Of a stretch of DNA of 64,000 bases, positions 30,834 through 44,610 are shown piece after piece (the stretch's first letter is position 1; every line of letters starts with the position of its first letter). This DNA is from the human T2T-CHM13v2.0 reference genome, Homo sapiens, in NCBI RefSeq assembly GCF_009914755.1, contig NC_060927.1; one strand, written 5' to 3'. The notes under the pieces were generated by a model. The model saw nothing but the letters and a program-made list of their open reading frames with translations, had not been told where the DNA came from and made no database searches. Position numbers and translations under genes: made by a program.

Positions 30834-32859
30834 CTGCAAGACACACAGAGGAACAGAGAACCATATGCCATGGGACTGTAGAATGTTTGAGTTGTCTTTT
30901 TATCCCTGATCTGATGCTTGAACCCCTCCATAGCATTCTTTGTTTGAATACCACCCTGATGGGAAACACACTACTTCCTAAAGCCATCTATCCCATCTGC
31001 AGCGTGTTAACCACCACTAATTGAGTTAAATCTGTCCATTTGTATTTTATATTGAGCTAAATCTGTATCCCTGCAACTTGCATATGTTTATTCAAATTTC
31101 ATCCTAAATCTGTCCTTTGGGGTGGCAGCATACACCCCAAAACATTAAGTTGCATGTTTTTAATCCTTAATGATAATCAGCACTTACTCCATTTATTCCT
31201 CAGCCTAACTTTGTAAGGGATTATCCTCCTTCAAGTAGCTGAAGAAACTGAGATTGACAGAGGGAAAGTAGTCTACAACCATTCTACCCTGAACACGCTC
31301 AATCTCATCTGACTGCAGCAGCTAGGCCTGGTCAATACTTGAATGGCAGACAGGGAAAGTAATTCCAGAGCCAGGATTCAAACCCAGATCTCTATGGCTC
31401 CAAGTCCATTCCCCTCCTCTCTTCAGGGGCCAGGCAGGTATACAGATTAGTAAAACAGGTGGGGCTAGGACACTAGGGAATAGTGGGACATTGGACAAGC
31501 TGAAGATGCTCACCTTCAACTGTTCACCACTCGAGTTTAAAAGTTTAAAAACTAACATTAGCTAAATGAACAAAACCTCCAGGTGTTATTTGGCCCCCAC
31601 AACCAGTTTGTCACTTCCACCACCTCTCAGAATTGCAATGACACAGATTCCTAATTATTCCTCTTCTGACAGTTGTGAAGGACATCAGACAGAACCATCA
31701 GAGAAAGCACAATAGAACATGTTTTCATCTGGCCTCAGATCTACCGTGGCATATTGTCTAGGCTGGGAGAGCTGAAGAGGGCACAGGCATCCATCAGTCT
31801 TGGGGGTGGGTGGGTATTTCCATGAGACCTCAGCACGCATGGTGCCCCTGGATGTGAGCAATGTGATTGCGGCGTGAGGAGAGATGCAGGAATCAGCAGG
31901 GAAGGCTCAAGCTAGGGTTGTCCTGGCAAACTGGGAGCTCATAGGTCCTCCAGGTTGTCTGACCTATATCAGAAATGGCTGAGCGCAGGCAAGACCCAGG
32001 ACTGAGATGGCCACTGGAAGGCTTGAGATAGAGAGCAAAACAATGCAATGGCCCCTCTCGTTGTCCTCAGAACATGTGTTCAGAGCACTGCCTCCCTGCC
32101 TTTGCACAGCCTGCTCCCTTTGCCTAGAAGGCTCTTGTTTCCTGTGTCTGCCCCTTCTTCTGTGTCCCCACCTCGGCAGGTCAACTGTTGTTATGGTGTT
32201 TAGGCTAGAAAGCTGTATGCCGCCCTAGGTTTTTCCTTTTCCCTCACACATCCATTCACATATCACATTCTATGTGTTGTCTCCTTACTAGATCTCCAAG
32301 CAATCTCTTCTCTCTATCCCCATGGTGATGCCTGAGTGCAGGTATGATTCCTTCCCACTGGTATCGCTGCAACAGCCTCCTCTCGGCTCTCTCCGCCTCC
32401 AGTTCCACCCTCCTAGTGTGTCACCCACACTTTCACCAAGAAGGGAAGTCCATGAACCACAGTCCCTCGCACTGGCTCACTGCTTTCACTTCTGGGATGG
32501 GGCTGTGTGGCTCCTCATGGCCCCATAGCCTACCACAGTAGGCCCAGGAAGCAGGCTCTGCCTTTCTCCCTAGCCTCATCCTTCTGCACATCCTGCCTCC
32601 CACGCAACATGTCAACCGTTCTCAAGTGTTTTCACTTCCTTAAAGCACAAAGCTCTCTGTGGCTCAGCTCAGAAGCTGCCTTTGGGAGACCCTCCCTAGT
32701 TGCCCCAGCCTGGACCTGGTGCCTCGTCAGAATATTTCCTTAGCACCAGAAATGATCTCTTTGTACTCTCTTGTAATTATCTCCTTGTTTGTTCCCTGAA
32801 TGTATTGTAACCTCCCCGAGGGGGACTGGGTCTCATTCTCACAGCATCTTCATACATAT

Positions 32860-33440
32860 CGACTGAAGCCTGCTATATGCAGATGCAGTGTTAGGTGCTC
32901 CGGCTCTGAGAGTGGGCAAAAAAGCCGTGGCTTGGGTTCTCATGGTGCTTACCGACTGTCCAGTGGGACAGACAAATAATAATGAGGAATCCATGGAGAT
33001 AATGCATCATTTCACATTCACGTTGGAAAACAAACAGAGGAGCACTGTCGTATAAGAAGGTGACTGAGGCTGGTGGGTGTGTCAGGGGAGGCTCCCCTGA
33101 GTAAGCCACATGTCAGCTGAGATCTGGAGTGGAAGCTGACTGAGTGAAGGCTGGGGCAGCACTGCAGACAGGGTGGCCAACTTGTGTGAAGGCCCTGAGG
33201 TGCAAGGGAGACTGGAACGCCCAGGGGTCTGAGAGATGGGCCGGGACCTGAGTCCAGATGGAGAGGGATGGAGGTAGAAATAAGGCTGGAAGGGTGCGCA
33301 GCAGCTGGACCACCCAGGGCCCTGTAGATTACTTCAAGGGTTTTGTCTTTATCCCAAGAATAATGGAAGCCACTGGTGTGCTTTATGCACACCATGCACC
33401 CAGTGACATGCAGGAAAGATCGCTATGGGTGTAGGGAGAG
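32860..33440 (-). mobile_element. L2 fragment
   Basis: cagtgttaggtgct...ggttttgtctttatcccaagaataatggaagccactgg matches antisense L2. Confidence 0.6.
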
Positions 33441-33539
33441 AACAGATCAGAGAGGGGACCATGGGGGGGCGCTGCAGAGCACTGAACAAGTGCTGAAATG
33501 AGAGTGAACGGATGAATATCTTACGCAGTTATCCCTTTT

Positions 33540-33990
33540 GCTTCTGCTTTTTTCTCTTTGGGTCACTAACCTGTGAAAAAAACTAATGTTTCTTCCTCCT
33601 TCTGTGATCTTCCTTCTTTCTGTTTTGAGCAGCTTCTATCACCTGTGTCCTCTGCGGATGAACTGCATAAAGCTCTCCGCCAAAGCCTACTTCTCCCTCA
33701 TGGTGGAGAGGGAGCCGTGTGAGTAGTCCGGTACCGCAGCCATCCACCCTCTGCAGATCAGCTTTTCCTTCCTTGGCTCCCGGAGGACTCCTCCCTCCTC
33801 CCACAAACAACTCCAGAGCCCAAGGTGACAGGAGAGCGTGGGTGGCTGCTTGGCAGGGCTGTGTCCATGGCAACCAAAGCGCCCGGGGGAGTGGCGGGCG
33901 GCAGGTGTACGGTCCTGCAGCCTTCTCGCCCAGCTAGGTGGTCTACTTACAGCCCCCGGAGGCACGGCTTTCTCTGCCCTGGTCACGGTC
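33540..33990. promoter_or_regulatory. Small CpG-rich unique island with X-box and GC box in intron 17
   Basis: About 16 CpGs in 33640-33990; GTGTCCATGGCAAC at 33861-33874; GGCGGGCGG near 33893. Confidence 0.4.
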
Positions 33991-33999
33991 TAGTCCTGG

Positions 34000-34745
34000 C
34001 TTGTCCTTGACTTCCCTCGTCCTCTCATCTCCCACATACAGTCTGTCAGCAAATCGTATTGCCTTCACCTTCTAAAGATATCCAGAAACTGGCCACTTCT
34101 CACCACCACTCTGTTTCTCCTGTGGTCCAAGCCCTGGACATCTCTCACTTGGACTGCTGCAGTGGCCTCCGAACTGATCTCCCCGCTTCTGCCCTCTTCT
34201 CTTAATCTGTCATGTTCCTCCTTTGCTCAAAACCATCCAATGTCATGGGACCCTCCCAGTATAAAAGCCATATTCCATAGAATGCCCTATATGTCCTAGT
34301 CACCTGGCCCCTCGTCACCTCTGCTTCATCCGCTGTAGCTTTTCTCGAATCCACTCTGCTTTGACCATGCTGGCCTGCCTCCAGCAGCCTGGCCTGCTCC
34401 CACTGCAGGGCCTTCGTCTTTGCTGTTCCTTCTGCCTGGACTGCCCTTCCTCAGGTATCCACTTGACTCACCCCTCCTCCAGATCTCCATGCCAATGTTG
34501 TCTTCTCTGTCAGGTGTTAGATTGCAGCCTTGAGCTCCCTGTGCCCCTTCCCTGCTGTACTTTAAACACTTCCTGACATACTATGTCTCACTTATTTAAT
34601 TGTTCATTGCCTGTCTCTTTCCTCTACATGGTGTGCTCCATGAAAGTGGAATTTTTGTCCGTTCATTCCCTGCTGTATCTCCAGTGCCTTGGGGAGAGCT
34701 TGACACATCATGGAGCACAGGCAGCATTTTTGGGATGAAGAATGG
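34000..34745 (+). mobile_element. L2 (L2a-like) 3' fragment
   Basis: ccacatacagtctgtcagcaaatc...ccctgctgtatctccagtgcct. Confidence 0.7.
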
Positions 34746-35504
34746 AAAGCCCAGGGCTCATCGCTCAGGGCCCAGTCTCTGACTTTGATGACTGTCCTCC
34801 CCAGTGCTCCCCCGGCCGCTTTCTTGTCCTTATATTACACTTTGCAGTGTTTGTCTGGGTTCTGTAGGGTTAGATCTTGACTCTGCTTCCATCCCAGAAT
34901 TTCAGTCAGTTTCCATCACTTACTGGGGCTGATGTGTCCGAGGACCCACAGATCCAGGTAGAGCTGGGTAGAACTCAGGCTACCAGCCTTCTGGCCTGGG
35001 CCTTTTTATCTAGATGTACTCTACTGGACACAGCTCAGTGTGGTCCTTCTTTGCTTGCACTGATCTGTACTTTCTAGATGCACTTTCTGGACTCAGGCTC
35101 CGGGTGTTCATCTCAAGGTGATTTGTCCCAGGCTATGATCTATGCTTAGTTCTCTGGCCTTTACCAACCCCAAAGGGTCTGCCCAGAATTCCACTCCTGT
35201 CCTCCCACCCCCCAAATCTGGCCTGTCCTGCCACTGCCCAAACCCCAGCCATGACAGATCTGCTTTACAGGAAAGGCCTGAAACTAAACTGTTACCTCCG
35301 TATTGGAGGGAATCATTCGATTGTCTTATTTCTTTTTTTTTTTTTTTTCCACCCAAAGCAAATATTTAGTCAAGTGTTGGTCCAGGGGAAGATACAAGGA
35401 TGAACAGACATGGCTCCATGTCTCTTTCTTTTTTATTGCCTTCTGCTGATTGTAAATACGCTTACTATAAATAAGCAGCAAACGCCCTCTCAGCCCATGC
35501 TTAC

Positions 35505-35590
35505 CAATGCAATCCAAAATCCAGCCAACTGTCCCATCTCCACCACAGGCCAAAACACGGAAGTCTGGAGTATCACGGAAAAAGTTCAAC
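35505..35590 (-). CDS. DGKG: DGKG coding exon (~exon 17), 86 nt, ATP-binding GGDGT: (G)[28 protein letters not shown](D)
   Basis: Acceptor cttcttcccag|G, donor G|gtaagc; phase 2-1. Confidence 0.98.
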
Positions 35591-36069
35591 CTGGGAAGAA
35601 GAAGAAAGGCCAAAATGGGCTTGTTACTAGGTTGCAGCTGACATTGATACATGTTGAGTCAGAGTCTGCCCTGTTCCCCAGGAGTATGTTAAGACCTCGA
35701 TTCCTTTTGTGGTTGAAAGGGTCACTCAATGTTCTGAAACCAGAAGTTACTATGCAGTGCCTTGAATATGGAGCCAAGGCCAAGGGGGCCATCCTTGTGC
35801 AAGGATAATCTGACTCAACATTCGACACAAATGGAAAATGGTTTTCTAGAAATTCTGTACTAGTTACGCAGAGGAGTCCAGAGTTTTGGCATCAATACAA
35901 ATAGCCCCCAGTGTTTTCACTCCTCTCGGGCTCTCCTGCCTGCTCTGTCCTGACACCCGCCCTGGTAAGCAAGATGCACCGAATTTGCTGGATCTTCTCT
36001 TCACTCTCCTGTGGGCCACAGTGAGTGGAGTGATGCCCTTCTCTTCTCAGGAGCCTTAACCCTGGAGAG

Positions 36070-36580
36070 CAGGGTGCTTATACCTGGGGTCCACCAACCT
36101 CCAAGGGTTCTATGGATTGGATTCAGAGGGCCATTAACTTGGAGGAGAAAATAATACATTCTTATTTTCCCTAAGCTCAAACTGAAATTAGTAGTATTTC
36201 CTTCAATTCAGCATGTAGGCAACAGACCACAGAGGTTGGAACCATACCCATGACTTTGTCAGCGGTCAAAATCACAGCCATGTTAGTGTTTCATTATGGT
36301 TGTGACAGATGCCTCATACCACTGCCATGCTCATCACTGCTTGGAATTTACGGTAGTTATTAGACCCACTTCTGGGTCTTCCTATTTGACGTATTGGTGA
36401 AGCTCATATATTCTCATATCACTAATTTGTTTTACTGTTTTAATAACTGTTTTTTGATATGGTTTCCCTGGTCACCTTTTATTATTAAATTTATGCATTA
36501 AGAAATATTCCAAGAGGGGGTTTCTATGCTTCACCAGACTGCCAAGGGGGTTCCTGGCACAAAAAAGTTAAGAACCTCTG
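36070..36580 (+). mobile_element. Near full-length Charlie4a-like hAT DNA transposon
   Basis: Termini CAGGGTGCTTATACCT and AGTTAAGAACCTCTG; about 510 bp. Confidence 0.7.
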
Positions 36581-36746
36581 CTTTAGAATGAATGTGCCCT
36601 GCGGACACCTTGGGGGTGGAACTTGGGAAGCCTAAGGTCAATATTTCCAATCTGCCCAGCCTGGTGGTCTGAGAAGAGCCCTGGAGCTTTCAGAATCACT
36701 GATGCATGTGTAGGCAAATTAACATTCCTTCTCTTGCAGAACTCTG

Positions 36747-36772
36747 CTCTCCGACGGGACTCTCCGACGGGA
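36747..36772. repeat. Perfect 13-bp tandem duplication CTCTCCGACGGGA x2
   Basis: Copies at 36747-36759 and 36760-36772. Confidence 0.95.
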
Positions 36773-38089
36773 AGTGAATTCTGAACAGACGCTCCCTCCA
36801 GCTAGGCAGCTTGTCTGATTAGAGAGTGACATGCGCATGAGAGACCCTCAGGGCGTATCAGCCCGGGAAGTAGCCACCTGGCTCGTCGTCTCAGATGAAA
36901 ACAATTTAGAATACACGAGGTGAAGCTGGAGGACTGTCTGCCAGTTTTGACAGTGGGCTGGTAAAGGTGTCTGTGGGGGGCTGCTCCGTCACAAGGCTGT
37001 ACTGTTCAGCAGTGATGGCAATCACGGTGACTGTGATGGCAACTGCAGTGGTGTACAGAGGTGGGCTCTGTTCTGAAATTACTTTTACAGGTAAATCATG
37101 GCAGGTGTACTGAATCCGCACTTATGTTTCTTTCTCTTTTTAACTGGGCCTTGTACTACCGCTGCCATAAACAATAGCTTTGGTGTCAGCCAACCAAAGA
37201 CAGGGTCAAATTCTCTTTTCAGAGTCCTTACTCCAACCTCTCTGAGGGGTCTAGCTGAACCCGGAGCAGAAATCCTGGTTTGGAGGTTGGGCAAATGGCT
37301 GCGTGCTGGGCAAGCCCAGCCCAGAGTATGCAGACAGCCCCGGGCCCGGGGCCGGCCAGTAGAGGGCTCTCGAGCACCGGCCCGGACTGGGAGGAAGCCC
37401 AGGCTTTCCTGGCCTTCTAGCCCAGGTGCTGTAGGGGCCGCATCACAGAGACCTGCAGCTCACCATTAGCCGCAGACACAGGGACCACGCCTCCCACCAG
37501 GCCTCTTTACAACCCCATGCTAACGAGAAGAGAATAGCCAATGAGTAAGTGGCAGGAGGAGCAAAACAACCTCAAAATCGAATGATTTAGAAAACAAAAG
37601 TGATTCCATTGAACAAGTAATTGTCTTGATCCTAAAATGACCCCACAACGGAACACCAAGGCAGAACTCTGAGTCACTGTCTAGATTTCCAAACTGCTGA
37701 CTGACAATGATAAGAAAACTTTCTCTTCTCTGATGATTCAGTATGAAGACACCAGCTAACAGAGCCTTGCAAATAAGTTAAAATAATTTACCAGCCTGTT
37801 CCTCCTGTCAATCAAATGAAAGGTGTGTGCAGTTTTCCCCCTCTTATAAAATAACTTTTTCTAGGACAAGCTACAGGAGGCCACTTCTCAAACAGAGTTA
37901 GCCTTCCTGGGCATCCTGAGTATCTCCAGGAGTCAGAGTCAGACGTGAGAAAAAGCAGAGAAAGGGAGTAAAATGGCAGGAAGGAACAAGTTGAGAGACG
38001 AAAGAAAAAAAAGGTGACAAAAGAGGCATCTTCATTGGAGTTTAAAAGGGAGGGGGAGAAATAAGAGGTAAAGATTGTGATCTCCATAC

Positions 38090-38164
38090 CCTGGAGTAGG
38101 CCCCCCATTGTCCAGGTTGAAAACTTGTTTGGGGTTGAGCAGATAGTGGAATTTCCGAAGAATT
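38090..38164 (-). CDS. DGKG: DGKG coding exon (~exon 16), 75 nt, alternatively spliced: (R)ILRKFHYLLNPKQVFNLDNGGPTP(G)
   Basis: Acceptor ttttccatag|A, donor GG|gtatgg; symmetric phase 2-2; LLNPxQVF motif of DGKs. Confidence 0.96.
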
Positions 38165-39089
38165 CTATGGAAAAAAAAAGAAAAGGAGGGAGAGAGAGAG
38201 ACAGAGAAGGAATATGTCATCGTGAGAAGTCACATTAGGGCAAACACCTCTGGAGCCCACTGGTGGCAGGGATGAGGGTTCATTTAAACCCCGGAGGGGA
38301 GGGCACTGCCTGCTGACCCTGGCGTCCAGGTTCCACCTGGCATCACCCGTGTTATCACTCCCGGTTCAAGGCTGAACTACCAACCTAGACTCCAGCTCCT
38401 AAGCCCAGAAGCATCGCCCCTTACAAAGAGGACAGGGCAGAGAAACCCAGAGAACAGAACTTTCATTCTAAAGCTTTATCCTCCACAGAGACCTTCTCCC
38501 AAATGTTCTGTATGGTCTAGGCAGTGTGATTCTGCCCTCTGCAGACTGTACAAAAGCATCACAGGACCCCCTCCTCCCCAGGGAGAGGCCCCCTGCAGTC
38601 CTGGGATCAGGAGGAAACGCAGGAGGTGGTGTTGGGCTGTGGGGGAGGGAGGGCGCTGAGAGGCCGTGACTGCACCCAGGCCTGCTTTCCTGGCTCCAGC
38701 TTGGAATTGTCAGGTCAGTTCAGGAGGGGTGTCCTGCCCCTTGGACAGGGGTGGGGGCCCTCATAGTTCTTGCTTTAACTCTACTAATTATTATTTTTTA
38801 ACCTGGATTCCAGATCACGGTGCCATCTGTTAATGATCCCGGAATTGGGAGGCAGAGCTGCTTTAACCATTCTCCCTGTCCACCTGTGCTGTTCAGCAAT
38901 TTCTAGCCTCCACTGAACTGGGCATTTCAGCAAACTGATGAGGTGGATGCACTGGCTTCTCACGGGTGACGGTAGCCCAGCAGGTCCTAATCAACGGGCT
39001 GCCCATCATCTCTTAAATCAAGAGATCTGAGAGGCTAGAAAGGCACAGGCATCTCAGAGCGTGGTCTAACTCTAGTGGTCTTAATAATG

Positions 39090-39270
39090 GCTCACGTGGC
39101 AGGCTGTGGGCTAAGCACCGTGTCTGTTCTCACCTGTGAGAGGAGGAATGATAATTATCTCCATTTTACAGAGGGAGAAACCGAGGCCCGGGGACATTAA
39201 GTCACTTGGGCCAGGTCATAAAGTGGCAGGTGGCAGTGCTGGGATTTGAGTCTGCCTGTCTCCACAGCCT
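39090..39270 (-). mobile_element. MIR
   Basis: ccattttacagagggagaaaccgaggcc...gggatttgagtctg. Confidence 0.72.
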
Positions 39271-39349
39271 GCTGTGTTCCTGCCAAGGGGAGGAAGGGCC
39301 TGAGTCGTGTCGCCCTAGTTGCTCCACTTTGAAACAGAAGAGAACGTAC

Positions 39350-39429
39350 CTTTCTCCTTGTCTCCCTCCACTCTTGGGGTTCACCAAGACCAGCAGGGGG
39401 TGGGTACCCGGGGTGGGGATGATCTTATA
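39350..39429 (-). CDS. DGKG: DGKG coding exon (~exon 15), 80 nt, start of catalytic domain: [26 protein letters not shown](R)
   Basis: Acceptor cctttcaag|TAT, donor AG|gtacgt; conserved NPKSGG motif; phase 0-2. Confidence 0.97.
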
Positions 39430-40497
39430 CTTGAAAGGTAAAAGAAAAAGAAATTAGCTCTGCTTCATCCAATAGGGGGCGTGAGATGAGAGTTGAAGCC
39501 AAGACAGCTTCGGAGAGGCAGATGAGAAGCAGGAGGGCAGGCAGTCAGGTGTTTTTCCACTGGCTGAATTTTCGGAGGGGCTAAGTAGCTAAGTGTCTCC
39601 AGTTTGAATGGCCTTTAAGTAGTGTTAACGGAAATGAGGGTTTGAGGTCAGGATCAGCGATGGGACAATGATGCTGTAGCTTCAAATCATTCAACGATGA
39701 CGTGGTCTTGTACCTACAGCACAAGATGAAATTTTGTGGGAGACACAGCTGAATATGATCTTAGAAAGCACGGCCGTCTGATCATACGCGTAAGTGAAAT
39801 AGCACTCGTGGAGTGAACCACCCGCTTCCACCCTGGCGCCTTCCAAATGCTCATTTCCGGCCCCAGTTTCCTCCTGAACCCTGGTCCCACATTTCTCACT
39901 GGCCAGTGGGTAGTACTGTCGACTGGACGTCTCACCATCAGTACAAGCTCAACATGCCTCATACATGACCCATCTTCTCTCCCTATGAAACTCGGCCTTT
40001 CTCTTGGTTCCCTGTTTCTGTTATTCATCCATCCATCCAAGGAAGGTCTTGTCCTGCCAAGTCTTTCCCTGAAATGTCCCTTTACCTCTGGTAGCTGCCA
40101 CAGCCCCATGCTGCTTGTGCCTTTCCCACCCTAGGTAAGTCCTGCACACCATCCCCACACAGTTCCTTCCCAGGACACCAGGTCAGCCATACCACTCTTG
40201 CCCAAAAACTTGTAAAGACATCTCATTATTAAAGGAGGATTTGGATTTTGTGGATAAAATGTAAATTTCCTAACCTGGCATCAAAGGCCTTTTCAGTCTA
40301 GCCCTATTCTACTGTTATCTCCTAATTCCTGCTAACCCTCAGCTGCAGGTGCAGCCAAGTCCTGCTCTTGCTCCTCTAGTAAGTCTAGAGTGTGTCTCTT
40401 GCATTCCCACCCATGGGTCTGCTCGTGCTTGTTTCTTCTCCCATTCCATGTCCCGAAATGCCCACTTCCTTCTTTGCAGACTACTAAAAAAATTTTT

Positions 40498-41328
<831 letters not shown>

Positions 41329-41699
41329 TTACTTTCTTAGATAAATGACTCAAAACATCAACTGGATTTAAAATGCATTGGGAGCAGAGTGGGGTGTGTG
41401 TAACCCTACTACCAAGGACCCTATAGCACCAGACACAAGAGTGGGTGCTCAGCAAATACTTGTGGGTTCAGTGGAAGGATACACCAATGTGGACGCACAG
41501 CTCTGCTCCATATTCAATATCTAATGCCTGCTTTTCCAGATCTCAAGCTAAAAGTCCAGCAAACACAGTGCCATGTTGTTTGAAAAGGATAGTAGCATTT
41601 CCGATGATCTAAAAAATTTGTCTCACCTGCCCAGGGTGACTATGTGATGCCCAGAAGCATCTTGGAGGCTGAGGAATAAACCCTCACCTCTGGAGATGA

Positions 41700-42262
<563 letters not shown>

Positions 42263-42906
42263 TAATCTTACAGCACCTCTGGGAGGTGGGCAGGGCAGGG
42301 ATTACTGTGTCTCCTTTGAGCGGAGGAAACTTAAGGCTCAGAGGCAGAGCAGGAGGCCCCGGTTTTCTATTTCCTTTTCTAGTACTCTTTGTTCCTCACC
42401 AGGCTGCCTTCCCTGCATTCCTTGGAACTCTGTGGAAGACACAAAAAATGTTCATTGCTGAACCCAAGTAAAAAAAATGAGTTCTTAAGTATACATTTAA
42501 GGATTAAGAAGAACTTTTAGATCTGGTTAGCTTCATTTTGGCAGATCATGTTCTGGAGACAGCTTGGCAATCTTGAAAAACCCATTGTCTATTTTTAGGC
42601 CACATCTTTGTTATTATTTAGGACATCTGCATATTAAAGTTTTATGTAACTTTTTCCTAAAATAGTAATAAAGCCCAATAAGACCAGCAATGGGATCAGT
42701 CAACCTTTCCTCTCACCACTTGCTGACAGTGTGGCTGTCAAAGGTAACACCAGAGGCCACAAATAAATGCCCTCCTGGGTGGTATAATTAGTCAGATGAG
42801 AAGGCAAATGCTGAGATGCTTTTCTATAGAACCCAAACCCCGCCTTGCCCGCCACAGCCCTGGAACAACTTAGAAGGTGCAATCGGATTTAGAGCTCATG
42901 AGGTAC

Positions 42907-42966
42907 CTGCATGACAAGTTCGCCCTTGGCGGACACGCAGCCATCAGACTTCTCACCTGGCCTGTC
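42907..42966 (-). CDS. DGKG: DGKG coding exon (~exon 14), 60 nt, linker: DRPGEKSDGCVSAKGELVMQ
   Basis: Acceptor ttcttgtcacag|GAC, donor CAG|gtacct; phase 0-0. Confidence 0.94.
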
Positions 42967-43289
42967 CTGTGACAAGAAAGGAAAGACAAGCATCTTTTGG
43001 AAAAAGAAGCCTAACACAAAGAAAGAGATCAGATGAAAAACAAACGGCTGATATAAAGAAAGAGATCAGAAAGCTAGTGTAGTATGGAGACGAGGTTTTC
43101 AACATAGGGCTTCTGACCTAAATAAAGAAATGTACCCCTATGACTTTTTCTAGGATTCTTCAGGCCTCCAGTGATGACATCACGGGCTGACTTTACCTTT
43201 GAGGCAAGGGACATAGTGGGGAGCACTGAAAGTGGCAGAATTCCACTTGGTTGATTTAGAAGCTTGAGCTCTGAGAAGAAAATTCTTAG

Positions 43290-43628
<339 letters not shown>

Positions 43629-43699
43629 GTCGACTTGGCTTTTCTGCTGAGCACTATCTAATGATATGATATTGTCATTTTTCTTGGTTTTGTTTGTTT

Positions 43700-44610
<911 letters not shown>

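Noticed and set aside
33690-33722. Plus-strand peptide HGGEGAV resembling the DGK CGGDGTV motif, in a candidate exon of the same size (86 nt) as exon 17
   Set aside because: Similarity is limited to about 13 nt, sits at a different offset, and the flanks do not align, so an inverted exon duplication is unsupported
38253-38268. CCCACTGGTGGCAG as a CTCF site
   Set aside because: One base short of the core spacing; weaker than the 39469 candidate
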